43,407 nt of DNA, taken from assembly GCA_018662075.1 (NCBI GenBank), contig JABJGX010000011.1, forward strand, positions 1 to 43,407, read 5' to 3'. Source of the DNA: Candidatus Peregrinibacteria bacterium (GTDB taxonomy: Bacteria > Patescibacteriota > Gracilibacteria > Peribacterales > Peribacteraceae). The translations under genes were made by a program, and so were the position numbers. Positions 25,680 to 34,470 of the stretch are shown here, piece after piece; the stretch's first letter is position 1, and each line of letters begins with the position of its first letter. The notes beneath the pieces were generated by a model. The model was not told the DNA's origin. It was given only the letters and a program-made list of their open reading frames with translations, and made no database searches.

Positions 25680-26219
25680 ATGGAAGATTCCTACCGACAA
25701 ATACTACAAGGCATTAATGAAGATCCTACTCGTGAAGGGCTCCTAAAAACCCCTGCTCGTGCTGCTGCATCTATGAAAGAGCTGACGAGTGGTTACGACC
25801 AGGATCTAGAAACCGTAATCAATGGTGCCCTATTTAAAGCAGAGACGGACGGAATGGTTATCGTCAAAGACATTGAATGCTACAGCCTCTGTGAGCATCA
25901 TCTGCTTCCGTTTACAGGCAAGGTCCACGTTGCTTATGTCCCAGATAAGCACATTTTAGGGCTTTCTAAGGTAGCACGAGTCGTCGAGATGTATGCAAGG
26001 CGCCTACAGACACAAGAACGTCTTACACAACAGATCTGTGATGCACTAGAGGAAGTATTACAGCCAAAGGGTATTGGCGTGATTATCGAAGCGAATCACT
26101 TCTGCATGATGATGCGCGGAGTCCAGAAGCAGCACAGCATTGCGATCACCTCTTCTGTGAAGGGTCTTATCAAGAAAGACCCAAAGACCCGTGAAGAATT
26201 CTTAAAGCTTATTTCTTAG
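25680..26219 (+). CDS. folE: GTP cyclohydrolase I
   Basis: [23 protein letters not shown] and the RLQTQERLT motifs. The start is set at the ATG at 25680 to avoid overlap with folK. Confidence 0.85.
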   Translation: MEDSYRQILQGINEDPTREGLLKTPARAAASMKELTSGYDQDLETVINGALFKAETDGMVIVKDIECYSLCEHHLLPFTGKVHVAYVPDKHILGLSKVARVVEMYARRLQTQERLTQQICDALEEVLQPKGIGVIIEANHFCMMMRGVQKQHSIAITSSVKGLIKKDPKTREEFLKLIS

Positions 26220-26878
26220 GCAGCAAGTGTAGCAGGAGCACTGGCGTTCTTCTTTCTTTCTAGGCCTTCAAAGTCTCCTTCGCGAACAAGTGATCTATCA
26301 GCCTCGCTCATTGGTAGTGCCGCTGTAATTTGCTTGTACTCCGCAGAAAGAAAATCTGTTTCTCTTTGCACACTTATTGCTGCAGCCTCTCGTACCTCTC
26401 GTGCATCGAACTCCTTACCGTTTATGGTTACCTCCTCCTGGTTTGCATCAGCTGACTGACGTGTGTGCTCCTCTTCATGATCCGCAATGTCGGCAGCAAC
26501 AGTTGTATCAATAATAGAGTCTCCACTTGTCGCTCGAATAGACTGGCTATCTATCCACACTTTGTCTGTTCCAAGTTGCGCTTGTCCCGCGACACCTGCG
26601 TCTAACTCTTTCATAGTTACAGCATTGCCAATAGAAGACCTGATATCTTTCGCTGCCTCATCTAAGTAAGTAGCAACATCCTCAGGTGCAATGTTTTCCA
26701 AAGCGTCGGTTAACTCATCTCGAACGTCATCTGAAATGTCTGCTGTAGCCTCCGCAGAAGTTGCCTCACGTACTTCGCGAGCCTTCTTTTCAAGGTCTGC
26801 TGCAAGTGCTGCAGAACTTTGTTCATTACCATCTACTACGTCTTCGTAAAGTGCCGATGCTGTATCAAGTGATGTCAT
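26216..26878 (-). CDS. acidic hypothetical protein (220 aa) containing an HEEEH string
   Basis: Clean ORF between folE and folA on the opposite strand from folBKE. No recognisable family. Confidence 0.5.
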   Translation of the reverse strand: MTSLDTASALYEDVVDGNEQSSAALAADLEKKAREVREATSAEATADISDDVRDELTDALENIAPEDVATYLDEAAKDIRSSIGNAVTMKELDAGVAGQAQLGTDKVWIDSQSIRATSGDSIIDTTVAADIADHEEEHTRQSADANQEEVTINGKEFDAREVREAAAISVQRETDFLSAEYKQITAALPMSEADRSLVREGDFEGLERKKNASAPATLAA

Positions 26879-26969
26879 GACCCATAGTTAAAAGCATCCA
26901 GAGTAGAGACGCGACCCCTGCAATACCTGAAGTATAAAAAGTACTGTTTTTTAGCTTAAATAAGCCATT

Positions 26970-27476
26970 TTATAAGTGCAGGCGATCTGCCTTTTTGTAC
27001 GTAAAGAACGTACATGCCATCTTATGTTCTGCATCGACTGGGTGGTCTGCCCTTGTCACCTCTTCCCATTCAGGGCCAATAGTCGGAAACTCTTTATCCC
27101 CCTTAATCCACGCATGAACACGAGTGAAATACAGATAATTTGCTATCGGAATAGCATGTTTATAGATCTCTGCTCCACCGATTATAAATATTTCTTCTTT
27201 CTCATCTTTTTGTGCATACATAATGGCCTCCTCTAGTGTCGACGCAACCTGCGCACCCTCTGCCTTATAGCTTCCATCCCTACTCACCACAATATTCGTA
27301 CGCTTTGGTAGAGCACCACTCGGTAGCGACTCAAAAGTTTTACGACCCATAATAATTGGATGCCCGGAAGTCTTTTTTCGAAAATGTTTCAAGTCATCAG
27401 GAAGATGCCATGGGATATCGTTCTCACGACCAATAACATTATTCTCCGACGCCGCAACAATTATTGAAATACGCAT
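26970..27476 (-). CDS. folA: dihydrofolate reductase
   Basis: ISIIVAASENNVIGRENDIPWHLPDDLKHFRKKTSGHPIIMGRKTFESL. An alternative GTG start lies at 27482. Confidence 0.85.
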   Translation of the reverse strand: MRISIIVAASENNVIGRENDIPWHLPDDLKHFRKKTSGHPIIMGRKTFESLPSGALPKRTNIVVSRDGSYKAEGAQVASTLEEAIMYAQKDEKEEIFIIGGAEIYKHAIPIANYLYFTRVHAWIKGDKEFPTIGPEWEEVTRADHPVDAEHKMACTFFTYKKADRLHL

Positions 27477-27483
27477 GCGCACA

Positions 27484-28314
27484 CTATACAGCGATTGGCG
27501 CTTTAATCCCAGGGTATGGATCGTACTCAGTTACTTCTATGTCGTCGTAGGTAAAGTCGAACAAGTTTTTCACATCAGGATTAAGTTTGAGCTGTGGAAG
27601 CGCGCGAGGCTCTCTTTCCAGTTGTGTAAGCGCTTGTTGCATATGATTACTATACAAATGCACATCACCAAACGTATGCACAAAGTCTCCGACCTGAAGT
27701 CCACACTCCTGTGCCACCATGTGTGTCAGCAATGCGTACGATGCAATATTAAAAGGAACACCAAGGAAGATGTCTGCAGACCGCTGATACAACTGGCAGC
27801 TTAACTTTCCATTAAGAACATAAAACTGAAAGAAGCAATGGCACGGAGGAAGTGCCATCTTTCCATTTGCAGCATTCTCGCTAGGACTTATAGATGTATC
27901 TGGTAAAAACTCCGGGTTCCATGCACTGACTATCATTCTTCTCGATGTCGGGTTCGTCTTAATCTCATTTAAAACCCACTTCACTTGGTCAACACCATTA
28001 AAGTCTCTCCACTGCTTTCCATACACAGGCCCCAAGTCTCCATCTGGCGTCGCCCATTCATCCCAGATCTTCACACCATTCTCTTGTAAGTATGCGATAT
28101 TGGTATCTCCTTTTAAAAACCATAGAAGCTCGTGTGTAATAGAGCGCATGTGCACTTTTTTCGTTGTAAGAAGGGGGAAACCTTCTGACAGATTAAACCG
28201 CATCTGTGCACCAAAGAGGCTTACTGTTCCTGTTCCTGTCCGGTCACCCTTCTGGGTACCAGTATCCATAACTTGTTTTAATAGCTGAAGATATTGCTGA
28301 TCTGCATTGTTCAT
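27484..28314 (-). CDS. thyA: thymidylate synthase (ThyA type)
   Basis: [31 protein letters not shown] and [12 protein letters not shown]. The start is moved to the ATG at 28314; the 80-codon upstream extension is hydrophobic junk that overlaps a divergent gene. Confidence 0.9.
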   Translation of the reverse strand: MNNADQQYLQLLKQVMDTGTQKGDRTGTGTVSLFGAQMRFNLSEGFPLLTTKKVHMRSITHELLWFLKGDTNIAYLQENGVKIWDEWATPDGDLGPVYGKQWRDFNGVDQVKWVLNEIKTNPTSRRMIVSAWNPEFLPDTSISPSENAANGKMALPPCHCFFQFYVLNGKLSCQLYQRSADIFLGVPFNIASYALLTHMVAQECGLQVGDFVHTFGDVHLYSNHMQQALTQLEREPRALPQLKLNPDVKNLFDFTYDDIEVTEYDPYPGIKAPIAV

Positions 28315-28355
28315 AGGAAAGAAGCATAGCAGATCAATTTGGGAGAAAAACCTTT

Positions 28356-28384
28356 TTGCTGAGAATAGGAAAGTAAGGTATAAT
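28356..28384 (+). promoter_or_regulatory. candidate promoter TTGCTG-17 nt-TATAAT
   Basis: The hexamers lie at 28356..28361 and 28379..28384, 16 nt upstream of the ATG at 28401. Confidence 0.45.
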
Positions 28385-28400
28385 ATACATACAAACACAC

Positions 28401-28940
28401 ATGGATCACGAACAGCACGCACCACAGTTAGAATCTGAGCCAGCTCCGAATGAGCCAGGGGATAACGTCGTAGAAAAATTAACAGAATCCACTGCAGATA
28501 ACATTCGAAACGTTGAAGGTCAAACAGAGGTACCGGTATATGTCTATGCGACAATGGATACAGCAGGAAACAAAATTATTCAAATCACCGATGAAGATGC
28601 AGATTTTCAATTGCAATTTTCCGGTGAGCTTTCGGATGAAGACGCTGCAGCTCTCGATTCTACACTGCATTTTGAGGGAAAACTCACTGCTATTGAGCCG
28701 CAGAGTCAGTCTCAATCTTTCAATGAAAGCTTTGGCCTTACAGAGAGCTGGGGAAACTGGGGTGACGCATTCATGGACAATAGGTTTGATTACTTTGGCC
28801 AAGCGACGCTTAGGCTCTCAGAAGACTTTACACTACCACCGACGCTGGAAAAATATCTTGTAACAGATGCAGATCAAGAACACCCTATAGACAGAGAGTT
28901 CTTACAAGACTCAATAGAGTTTCAAAAGATGCAAGAGTAA
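28401..28940 (+). CDS. acidic hypothetical protein (179 aa)
   Basis: ORF with its own promoter-like signal. No recognisable family. Confidence 0.5.
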   Translation: MDHEQHAPQLESEPAPNEPGDNVVEKLTESTADNIRNVEGQTEVPVYVYATMDTAGNKIIQITDEDADFQLQFSGELSDEDAAALDSTLHFEGKLTAIEPQSQSQSFNESFGLTESWGNWGDAFMDNRFDYFGQATLRLSEDFTLPPTLEKYLVTDADQEHPIDREFLQDSIEFQKMQE

Positions 28941-28941
28941 T

Positions 28942-29802
28942 CTACTGACTTGGAACAGAGACCTCATCCCCAAATAGCTTTGTTTCAAGCTCTACTCCAA
29001 TATTACCAAAGCTTGTATTACTCACCAAGAAAGACTCTATACTGCGTAGCCATCCATAGTTTAGCGCGAGCGCTGTGACAATAAGAATGGCACCAGACAC
29101 CTGTTTAATGCGTCCTGAATACTGGGAGATCTTCCGAGAGCTTTGCACTGCTGCCTGTCCACCGTATCCAATAATAGTCAGTGGAATTGCCGTTCCAATA
29201 CCATAAGCAAGTAAGAGAAGCGCTGACTGAATGCCTGGCTGGTCTTGTACCAGTGTCAGTGCAAAACCAAGAGCAGGCCCTGCACACGGAACCCATACAA
29301 GCCCCATCGTAAGTCCGATGATGAATGCAGTGATGGGATTGTCTTGTCCTAGTTCTCCACTCGCTTTTTGTTGTACGTTTGTACCAAGCTGTTGAATGCG
29401 CGTTGCAACCCATCCACCAACCTCCATAAGAGTAGCCCCTATGGTCTGCGCAATTGTCATAACTATCCAGCCATCGCTATAGTAGAAAAATCCTCCAAGC
29501 ACTGCTCCGGTTAATTGCAATTGCTTATTGTGAGTAAGAAAACCAAGTCCAAATAACAATAGAATATAGTACGTCGTAACACGAATGTAATCCGTGAGAC
29601 CAACAAACTGCTGAAGCAGTGTTGCAAGCAAGAACGTAAACCCAACAAAACTAATAAGCATACCAACAATGGTATACAAAGGACGCAACTTACTCTTTCC
29701 AGCAATAGAGACCCCAAGAACGATTGGAACCAAAGGGAGAATGCACGGCAGAAGAATGGTTAACATTCCTGCCACAAACATGGTGATATATAAACTCGTC
29801 AC
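28942..29802 (-). CDS. ccdA: CcdA/DsbD-family thiol-disulfide electron transporter (membrane)
   Basis: LLPCILPLVP and WVPCAGPALG, the paired Cys-Pro motifs, sit in a polytopic membrane protein. Confidence 0.8.
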   Translation of the reverse strand: MTSLYITMFVAGMLTILLPCILPLVPIVLGVSIAGKSKLRPLYTIVGMLISFVGFTFLLATLLQQFVGLTDYIRVTTYYILLLFGLGFLTHNKQLQLTGAVLGGFFYYSDGWIVMTIAQTIGATLMEVGGWVATRIQQLGTNVQQKASGELGQDNPITAFIIGLTMGLVWVPCAGPALGFALTLVQDQPGIQSALLLLAYGIGTAIPLTIIGYGGQAAVQSSRKISQYSGRIKQVSGAILIVTALALNYGWLRSIESFLVSNTSFGNIGVELETKLFGDEVSVPSQ

Positions 29803-29820
29803 AGAATTATAATACGGTAA

Positions 29821-30399
29821 TTAACCAAGGAGTGCACGTAGCGCAGACTGTGCAGGGAATGACACACGTTCGATTTCTTTTCCACTACCATCAATCAACA
29901 CAAATGTGTCTTGCCCATTCACACCGTACTGCTTACGAAGCTCAGTTGCTGTATCAAAATCAATCTTGTACACAGTACGTGGAAACTTCTCAGCGTTGTA
30001 CCATGACTCTAGTAGTCCGTTATTTTTCTTACATGCAGGACACCACGTTGCATGAAAGAAAAGAACAGATGTCTTTCCGTTACCAATAACACCGTCTGTA
30101 TATGCAGTGTAGCTGCCTTCAGCTGCTACCTCTGTATCCATTTCTTTGTGATCCTCCATTGGCTCTTCTTTCTTCATTTCTTCTTCTTTCATTTCCTCTT
30201 TTTCATCTGCCTTTTCCATTTCTTTTTCCTTTTCGATATCAGCTTCTACTTTAGCCTTTGCCTGCATCTTCTGACGCTCTTCTATAGCATTCACTTGGTC
30301 ACGCGGAGGAGTATCTTCATCTGGCTGAAGTTCTGTTGGAACTTTACAAGCAGTCAAAGTCATCGTAAGGACGAGGAGTGCAAAAAGTGAGTGACGCAT
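29821..30399 (-). CDS. thioredoxin-fold lipoprotein (ResA/TlpA-like) with an E/K/M-rich linker
   Basis: Lipobox LTLTAC, a low-complexity EKEKEMEKADEKEEMKEEEMKKEE stretch, and the active site FFHATWCPACKKN. Confidence 0.8.
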   Translation of the reverse strand: MRHSLFALLVLTMTLTACKVPTELQPDEDTPPRDQVNAIEERQKMQAKAKVEADIEKEKEMEKADEKEEMKEEEMKKEEPMEDHKEMDTEVAAEGSYTAYTDGVIGNGKTSVLFFHATWCPACKKNNGLLESWYNAEKFPRTVYKIDFDTATELRKQYGVNGQDTFVLIDGSGKEIERVSFPAQSALRALLG

Positions 30400-30482
30400 A
30401 AGAATGTGTGGGAAAATACAAGTCTATTCTACGAAGAACCATCCAAACTACAAGGGCTATTCAGTACAAAAGGTAATCTGTC

Positions 30483-31145
30483 TTACGAAAGTAATTTTGA
30501 TAGGTCGTTTCTCTTATATACAAGCGAAGAAGGACAATCTTCTTTCAGAGGACAACCAGCACAATTACGGTTAAATGCAGAGCAAACAGCTCTTCCATGA
30601 GCGACCATAAGATGCGAAAGAATGGGCCAATCCTTATGCGGAGTTGCATCCATCATTTCAAGCTCTATGCGATGCTGGTTCTTAGACGCAACAAGTCCCA
30701 TTCTATTGAGCAGTCGTATGTTATGCGTATCAATAGGAATTCCTTCAATGACACCAAATGCAGTCGCAAGTACTACCGCTGCGGTCTTACGCCCCACACC
30801 TCTTAATGTCAGCATACCTTCCATGGTACGAGGAACTTCTCCATTAAAATCTGTGATAATAGTCGCGCATGTTTCCTGAATGGCTCTGGCTTTCACATGA
30901 AATGTTCCGCAACTACGAATGTCATTTTCGAGCTCCTCTGGAGGAACGTTTAAATAATCCTGTGGTACTCGGTATTTTACAAACAATGTTTTGGTGACAA
31001 CATTCACCCGAGCATCTGTGCATTGTGCAGCAAGAATAGTTGCAACAAGGAGCTGCAATGGGTCTTCAAAGTCCAACGTACACTTTGCCTTAGGGTAAAG
31101 CTTTTTCAACTCTTTCAGTACAACATCAACAGTAAGCTTTTTCAT
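30483..31145 (-). CDS. nth: endonuclease III
   Basis: LVATILAAQCTDARVN, the HhH-GPD segment LRGVGRKTA, and the C-terminal 4Fe-4S cysteines CSAFNRNCAGCPLKEDC. Confidence 0.9.
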   Translation of the reverse strand: MKKLTVDVVLKELKKLYPKAKCTLDFEDPLQLLVATILAAQCTDARVNVVTKTLFVKYRVPQDYLNVPPEELENDIRSCGTFHVKARAIQETCATIITDFNGEVPRTMEGMLTLRGVGRKTAAVVLATAFGVIEGIPIDTHNIRLLNRMGLVASKNQHRIELEMMDATPHKDWPILSHLMVAHGRAVCSAFNRNCAGCPLKEDCPSSLVYKRNDLSKLLS

Positions 31146-31154
31146 AAAACTAGT

Positions 31155-31775
31155 ATGGCACTAGTGCTTCTTGATCGCTATAGTCAGTCACCCATGTCGA
31201 CCTTCCCAACATTCACCGTTTTCGATACAGAGACCACCGGTCTCGACCCTCGAAAAGGTGATAAAATTATCGAAATTGCAGGACTAAAGATTGTCGACGG
31301 AGAGATTCGTGAAGACTTAAGTTTTGTAAAACTCGTCAATCCTGAACGCACCATTCCATGGGAGGCAAAGCAGGTAAACAAAATATCAGATGAGGCTGTT
31401 GCATCAGAACCGACTATTGACCATATCCTTCCCGAGTTTTTTGAATTTGCAAAAGACACGATCCTCATCGCCCATAATGCAAACTTCGACCTAGGTTTTC
31501 TAGAGGTAGAGAAAGAGCATTGCTGGGGGTATATAGAAGTACCAGAATGCCTCTGTACGATGAGACTTAGCCAGACGCTCTACCCAAGTGAGTTCAGACA
31601 TAACCTCGATGCAGTATCAGCTCGCCTCGGCATAACTATGCCTACGGACCGTCACAGAGCCCTTCCAGACGTTATCATGACTGCTCAAGTTCTACTCAAG
31701 ATGATAGAGCAAGGTAATATTTCTGACATAGAACAGTTGCGAAGAATGGCTGGAAAGAAGAAACTGGTGGCATAA
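31155..31775 (+). CDS. DnaQ-like 3'-5' exonuclease (DNA polymerase III epsilon family)
   Basis: Exo motifs FTVFDTETTGLDP, LIAHNANFDLGFL and HRALPDV. An alternative ATG lies at 31194. Confidence 0.8.
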   Translation: MALVLLDRYSQSPMSTFPTFTVFDTETTGLDPRKGDKIIEIAGLKIVDGEIREDLSFVKLVNPERTIPWEAKQVNKISDEAVASEPTIDHILPEFFEFAKDTILIAHNANFDLGFLEVEKEHCWGYIEVPECLCTMRLSQTLYPSEFRHNLDAVSARLGITMPTDRHRALPDVIMTAQVLLKMIEQGNISDIEQLRRMAGKKKLVA

Positions 31776-32215
31776 TGACCGTCCTTCCAATCATCAAAGG
31801 CGAAGAAACAGAAGTACTGCGAACAAAAGCAGCAACTGTTCTTCAGGTCACAAAAGAAATCCTGAAGCTTATTAAAAATATGGAAGAAACTGTAAAGAAG
31901 GCAGAAGGCCTAGGTCTCGCTGCACCACAGATCGGACAGTCCGTCAGAGTATGCCTAGTTATGCTTCACGGAAAAATGACACCGATGATCAATCCAGAAA
32001 TTACGTGGAGATCAGAAGAGGCTACTGTCATGACCGAAGGATGTCTCAGTCTTCCAAAGATAGAAGTAGAGGTAACACGTCCTGTCGAAGTCATTGTAAA
32101 ATACACAAATAAAAAAGGTCAGGAGCAAGAGAGGCGTTTACATGATCTCGATGCAAAAGTTATGCAACACGAGTTTGACCATTTGAATGGGGTTCTGATT
32201 GTGGATTATCAATAG
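31775..32215 (+). CDS. def: peptide deformylase
   Basis: GLGLAAPQIG, EGCLS and HEFDHLNG. The ATG overlaps the upstream stop (TAATG). Confidence 0.9.
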   Translation: MTVLPIIKGEETEVLRTKAATVLQVTKEILKLIKNMEETVKKAEGLGLAAPQIGQSVRVCLVMLHGKMTPMINPEITWRSEEATVMTEGCLSLPKIEVEVTRPVEVIVKYTNKKGQEQERRLHDLDAKVMQHEFDHLNGVLIVDYQ

Positions 32216-32264
32216 AAATCAGACTATTTATATATTAGTTATATCGTATAATATTTATACGTTT

Positions 32265-32300
32265 CAGCCTGCCTCCCTCACCGGAAGCAGGCTGTTTTTT
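32265..32300 (+). terminator. intrinsic terminator after def
   Basis: CAGCCTGC (32265..32272) pairs with GCAGGCTG (32287..32294) as an 8-bp GC-rich stem. The loop is 14 nt and a run of 6 T follows. Confidence 0.7.
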
Positions 32301-32320
32301 CATGCAATTTATAGAAGTTT

Positions 32321-32329
32321 TGGTACAAT
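32321..32329 (+). promoter_or_regulatory. extended -10 element TGGTACAAT
   Basis: It has the same TGgTAnAAT form as the element at 11415..11423, and likewise ends exactly 9 nt before an ATG (32339). Confidence 0.4.
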
Positions 32330-32338
32330 CATTATGAA

Positions 32339-32431
32339 ATGACTCCAGACTTAGAAGTAATTACCAGCCTTCGCCTCTGGGCTACGGCCGGCAAGTCGGC
32401 CTCACTCACCCAACTATTATGCCAGAATTAG
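32339..32431 (+). CDS. 30-codon upstream ORF whose first codons duplicate the gatB N-terminus
   Basis: It encodes MTPDLEVITSLRLWATAGKSASLTQLLCQN. It is in a different frame from gatB, and its stop TAG (32429..32431) lies 8 nt past the gatB ATG. CCAGACTTAGAAGTAATTACC compares with CCAGAATTAGAAGTAATCATC at the gatB start. Confidence 0.25.
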   Translation: MTPDLEVITSLRLWATAGKSASLTQLLCQN

Positions 32432-33861
32432 AAGTAATCATCGGATTGGAGGTTCATGCTCAAATGAGCACCAAGACCAAGATGTTTTGCGGATGTGATA
32501 ACGATGCATTTGGTAAAGCACCAAATACCACTGTCTGTCCTATTTGTATGGGACACCCAGGAACTCTGCCTACCCCTAACGCAGTCGCAATTGATAAAGC
32601 AGTACTCGCATCACTAGCGCTTGAGTGCACTATTAACAAAGAGAATCACTTCGATAGAAAACACTACTTCTATCCAGACCTTCCAATGGGATTCCAGATC
32701 TCTCAGTTCGACTTCCCTCTCTCTGAAAAAGGAACCGTTACGTACGACATTATCGACGATTCCGGAAAAGTATCTGACACCAAAGTATGTGGCATCACAC
32801 GTTTGCACATGGAAAACGATGCAGGAAAGCTCACCCACAAAGGCACAACAACACTCTGCGACTACAACCGTGCCGGTACCCCACTTATGGAAATTGTGAC
32901 AGAGCCAGATCTTCGTAGCGAACAAGAGGCAGTCGCATTTGCGCAGGAGTTGCGCCGCATTCTTATTGCAGTGAATGCATCGCAGGCCGATATGTTCAAA
33001 GGAATGATGCGGTTCGATGCATCTATTTCTCTGCGAGAAAAAGGAACCGAAAAATTAAACCCTCGTAGCGAGATCAAAAACTTAAACTCCTTCAAGGCAC
33101 TCGAACGAGCGCTGCAGTACGAAGAGAAGCGACTCCGAAAAGAATGGGAGGATAACGATGGTCCGCGAAAAGGAGACATCACCGTTGGGTGGCAGGACGA
33201 CATTGGTAAGACTCGCCTACTGAGGGAGAAAGAAACAGCAGACGACTACCGTTACTTCCCCGAACCAGACATTCCACCGCTTACCTTTACACAAGAAGAT
33301 ATAGACGCAGTACATGCGACACTCCCAAAACTCCCACGTGCACAAAAAGAAGATTACATGGACATGGGTATCGACGAAAAACAAGCACTACAACTTGTAG
33401 ATCAAAGCGATCTACGGTCTATCTTCGACGCTGTCTATGCCACAACAAAAGATGCAAAGAGGACATCTAGCTTGGTACTCATGCAGCTTCTCGGATTCCT
33501 TAATGCAGAAGAAAAAGAAGTGAATGATGGCCCAGATCCAACTAAAATCTTAGAACTTGTCGCAAAGATCGACGATGGAACCATTTCTGCTAATACAGGG
33601 AAAGACGTACTGCAGAAGATGGTAGAAACCGGAAAGTCTGCATCCGAGATTATCGAAGCAGAAGGCATGCAACAGATTAGTGATGACGGTGCCATTGAAG
33701 AAATGGTACAAAAAGCCATTGATAGCAATCCAAAAGCAATCGAAGACTTTAAAAACGGAAATGAGAAAGCACTCGGTGCCATTGTCGGGTTCGTTATGAA
33801 AGAATCTAAAGGGCAAGCAAACCCTGGAAAGGTAAACGAGATTTTGAAGAAGAAACTATAA
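32419..33861 (+). CDS. gatB: Asp-tRNA(Asn)/Glu-tRNA(Gln) amidotransferase subunit B
   Basis: EVIIGLEVHAQMSTKTKMFCGC...CPICMGHPGTLP, and a C-terminal YqeY-like domain. Confidence 0.9.
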   Translation: MPELEVIIGLEVHAQMSTKTKMFCGCDNDAFGKAPNTTVCPICMGHPGTLPTPNAVAIDKAVLASLALECTINKENHFDRKHYFYPDLPMGFQISQFDFPLSEKGTVTYDIIDDSGKVSDTKVCGITRLHMENDAGKLTHKGTTTLCDYNRAGTPLMEIVTEPDLRSEQEAVAFAQELRRILIAVNASQADMFKGMMRFDASISLREKGTEKLNPRSEIKNLNSFKALERALQYEEKRLRKEWEDNDGPRKGDITVGWQDDIGKTRLLREKETADDYRYFPEPDIPPLTFTQEDIDAVHATLPKLPRAQKEDYMDMGIDEKQALQLVDQSDLRSIFDAVYATTKDAKRTSSLVLMQLLGFLNAEEKEVNDGPDPTKILELVAKIDDGTISANTGKDVLQKMVETGKSASEIIEAEGMQQISDDGAIEEMVQKAIDSNPKAIEDFKNGNEKALGAIVGFVMKESKGQANPGKVNEILKKKL

Positions 33862-33862
33862 A

Positions 33863-34423
33863 CTACTCAACCCTACTCATATACTCACCAGACTCTGTAT
33901 TGATTTTTAGCTTATCTCCTTCATTAATAAAGAGAGGGACGTTAACTGTTGCACCACTTTCGAGTGTTGCAGGCTTTGTACCACCAGTTGCAGTGTCTCC
34001 TTTAACACCTGGGATAGTTTCTACAACCAAGACATCAATAGTTGCCGGAAGATTAATACCAATCGGCTGGTCATCAAACACCATAGCGTTTAATTCCTGT
34101 CCTTCAGATAAGAACTTAGCATCATCACCTATTGTATCTGCTGTTAGTTCAAACTGGTCGTACGATGTAAGGTCCATAAAAGTAAACGTTGAGCCATCAC
34201 CGTATAGGTACTGCACATTTCGGTAGCCAACATCAGCTGGTTCTAGCTTATCGTTCCCTTGAAAAGTCTTTTGAATAACCGATCCTGTTTTGAGATTCTT
34301 CATTTTTGTAGCCATACAACCACCTTGCCTAGCAGCCTTTGAAAACTGATTCCATGTAATCAGGTACGGGTCTCCATCGATAACCACTGCCTTGCCTTTC
34401 TTTAATTCTGCAATAACGTACAT
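33863..34423 (-). CDS. efp: elongation factor P (Arg32 type)
   Basis: Full-length EF-P, ending GVKGDTATGGTKPATLESGATVNVPLFI...SGEYMSRV. The loop reads FSKAARQGG, with Arg at position 32. Confidence 0.9.
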   Translation of the reverse strand: MYVIAELKKGKAVVIDGDPYLITWNQFSKAARQGGCMATKMKNLKTGSVIQKTFQGNDKLEPADVGYRNVQYLYGDGSTFTFMDLTSYDQFELTADTIGDDAKFLSEGQELNAMVFDDQPIGINLPATIDVLVVETIPGVKGDTATGGTKPATLESGATVNVPLFINEGDKLKINTESGEYMSRVE

Positions 34424-34470
34424 ACCTCCAGTGTATGCAAAAACTATTCTGATTCAAAACCGAATTCTAC

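Noticed and set aside
32247-32252. A perfect TATAAT between the def stop and its terminator.
   Set aside because: It lies 12 nt upstream of the terminator hairpin with no downstream gene. In AT-rich spacer DNA a chance hexamer is likely.
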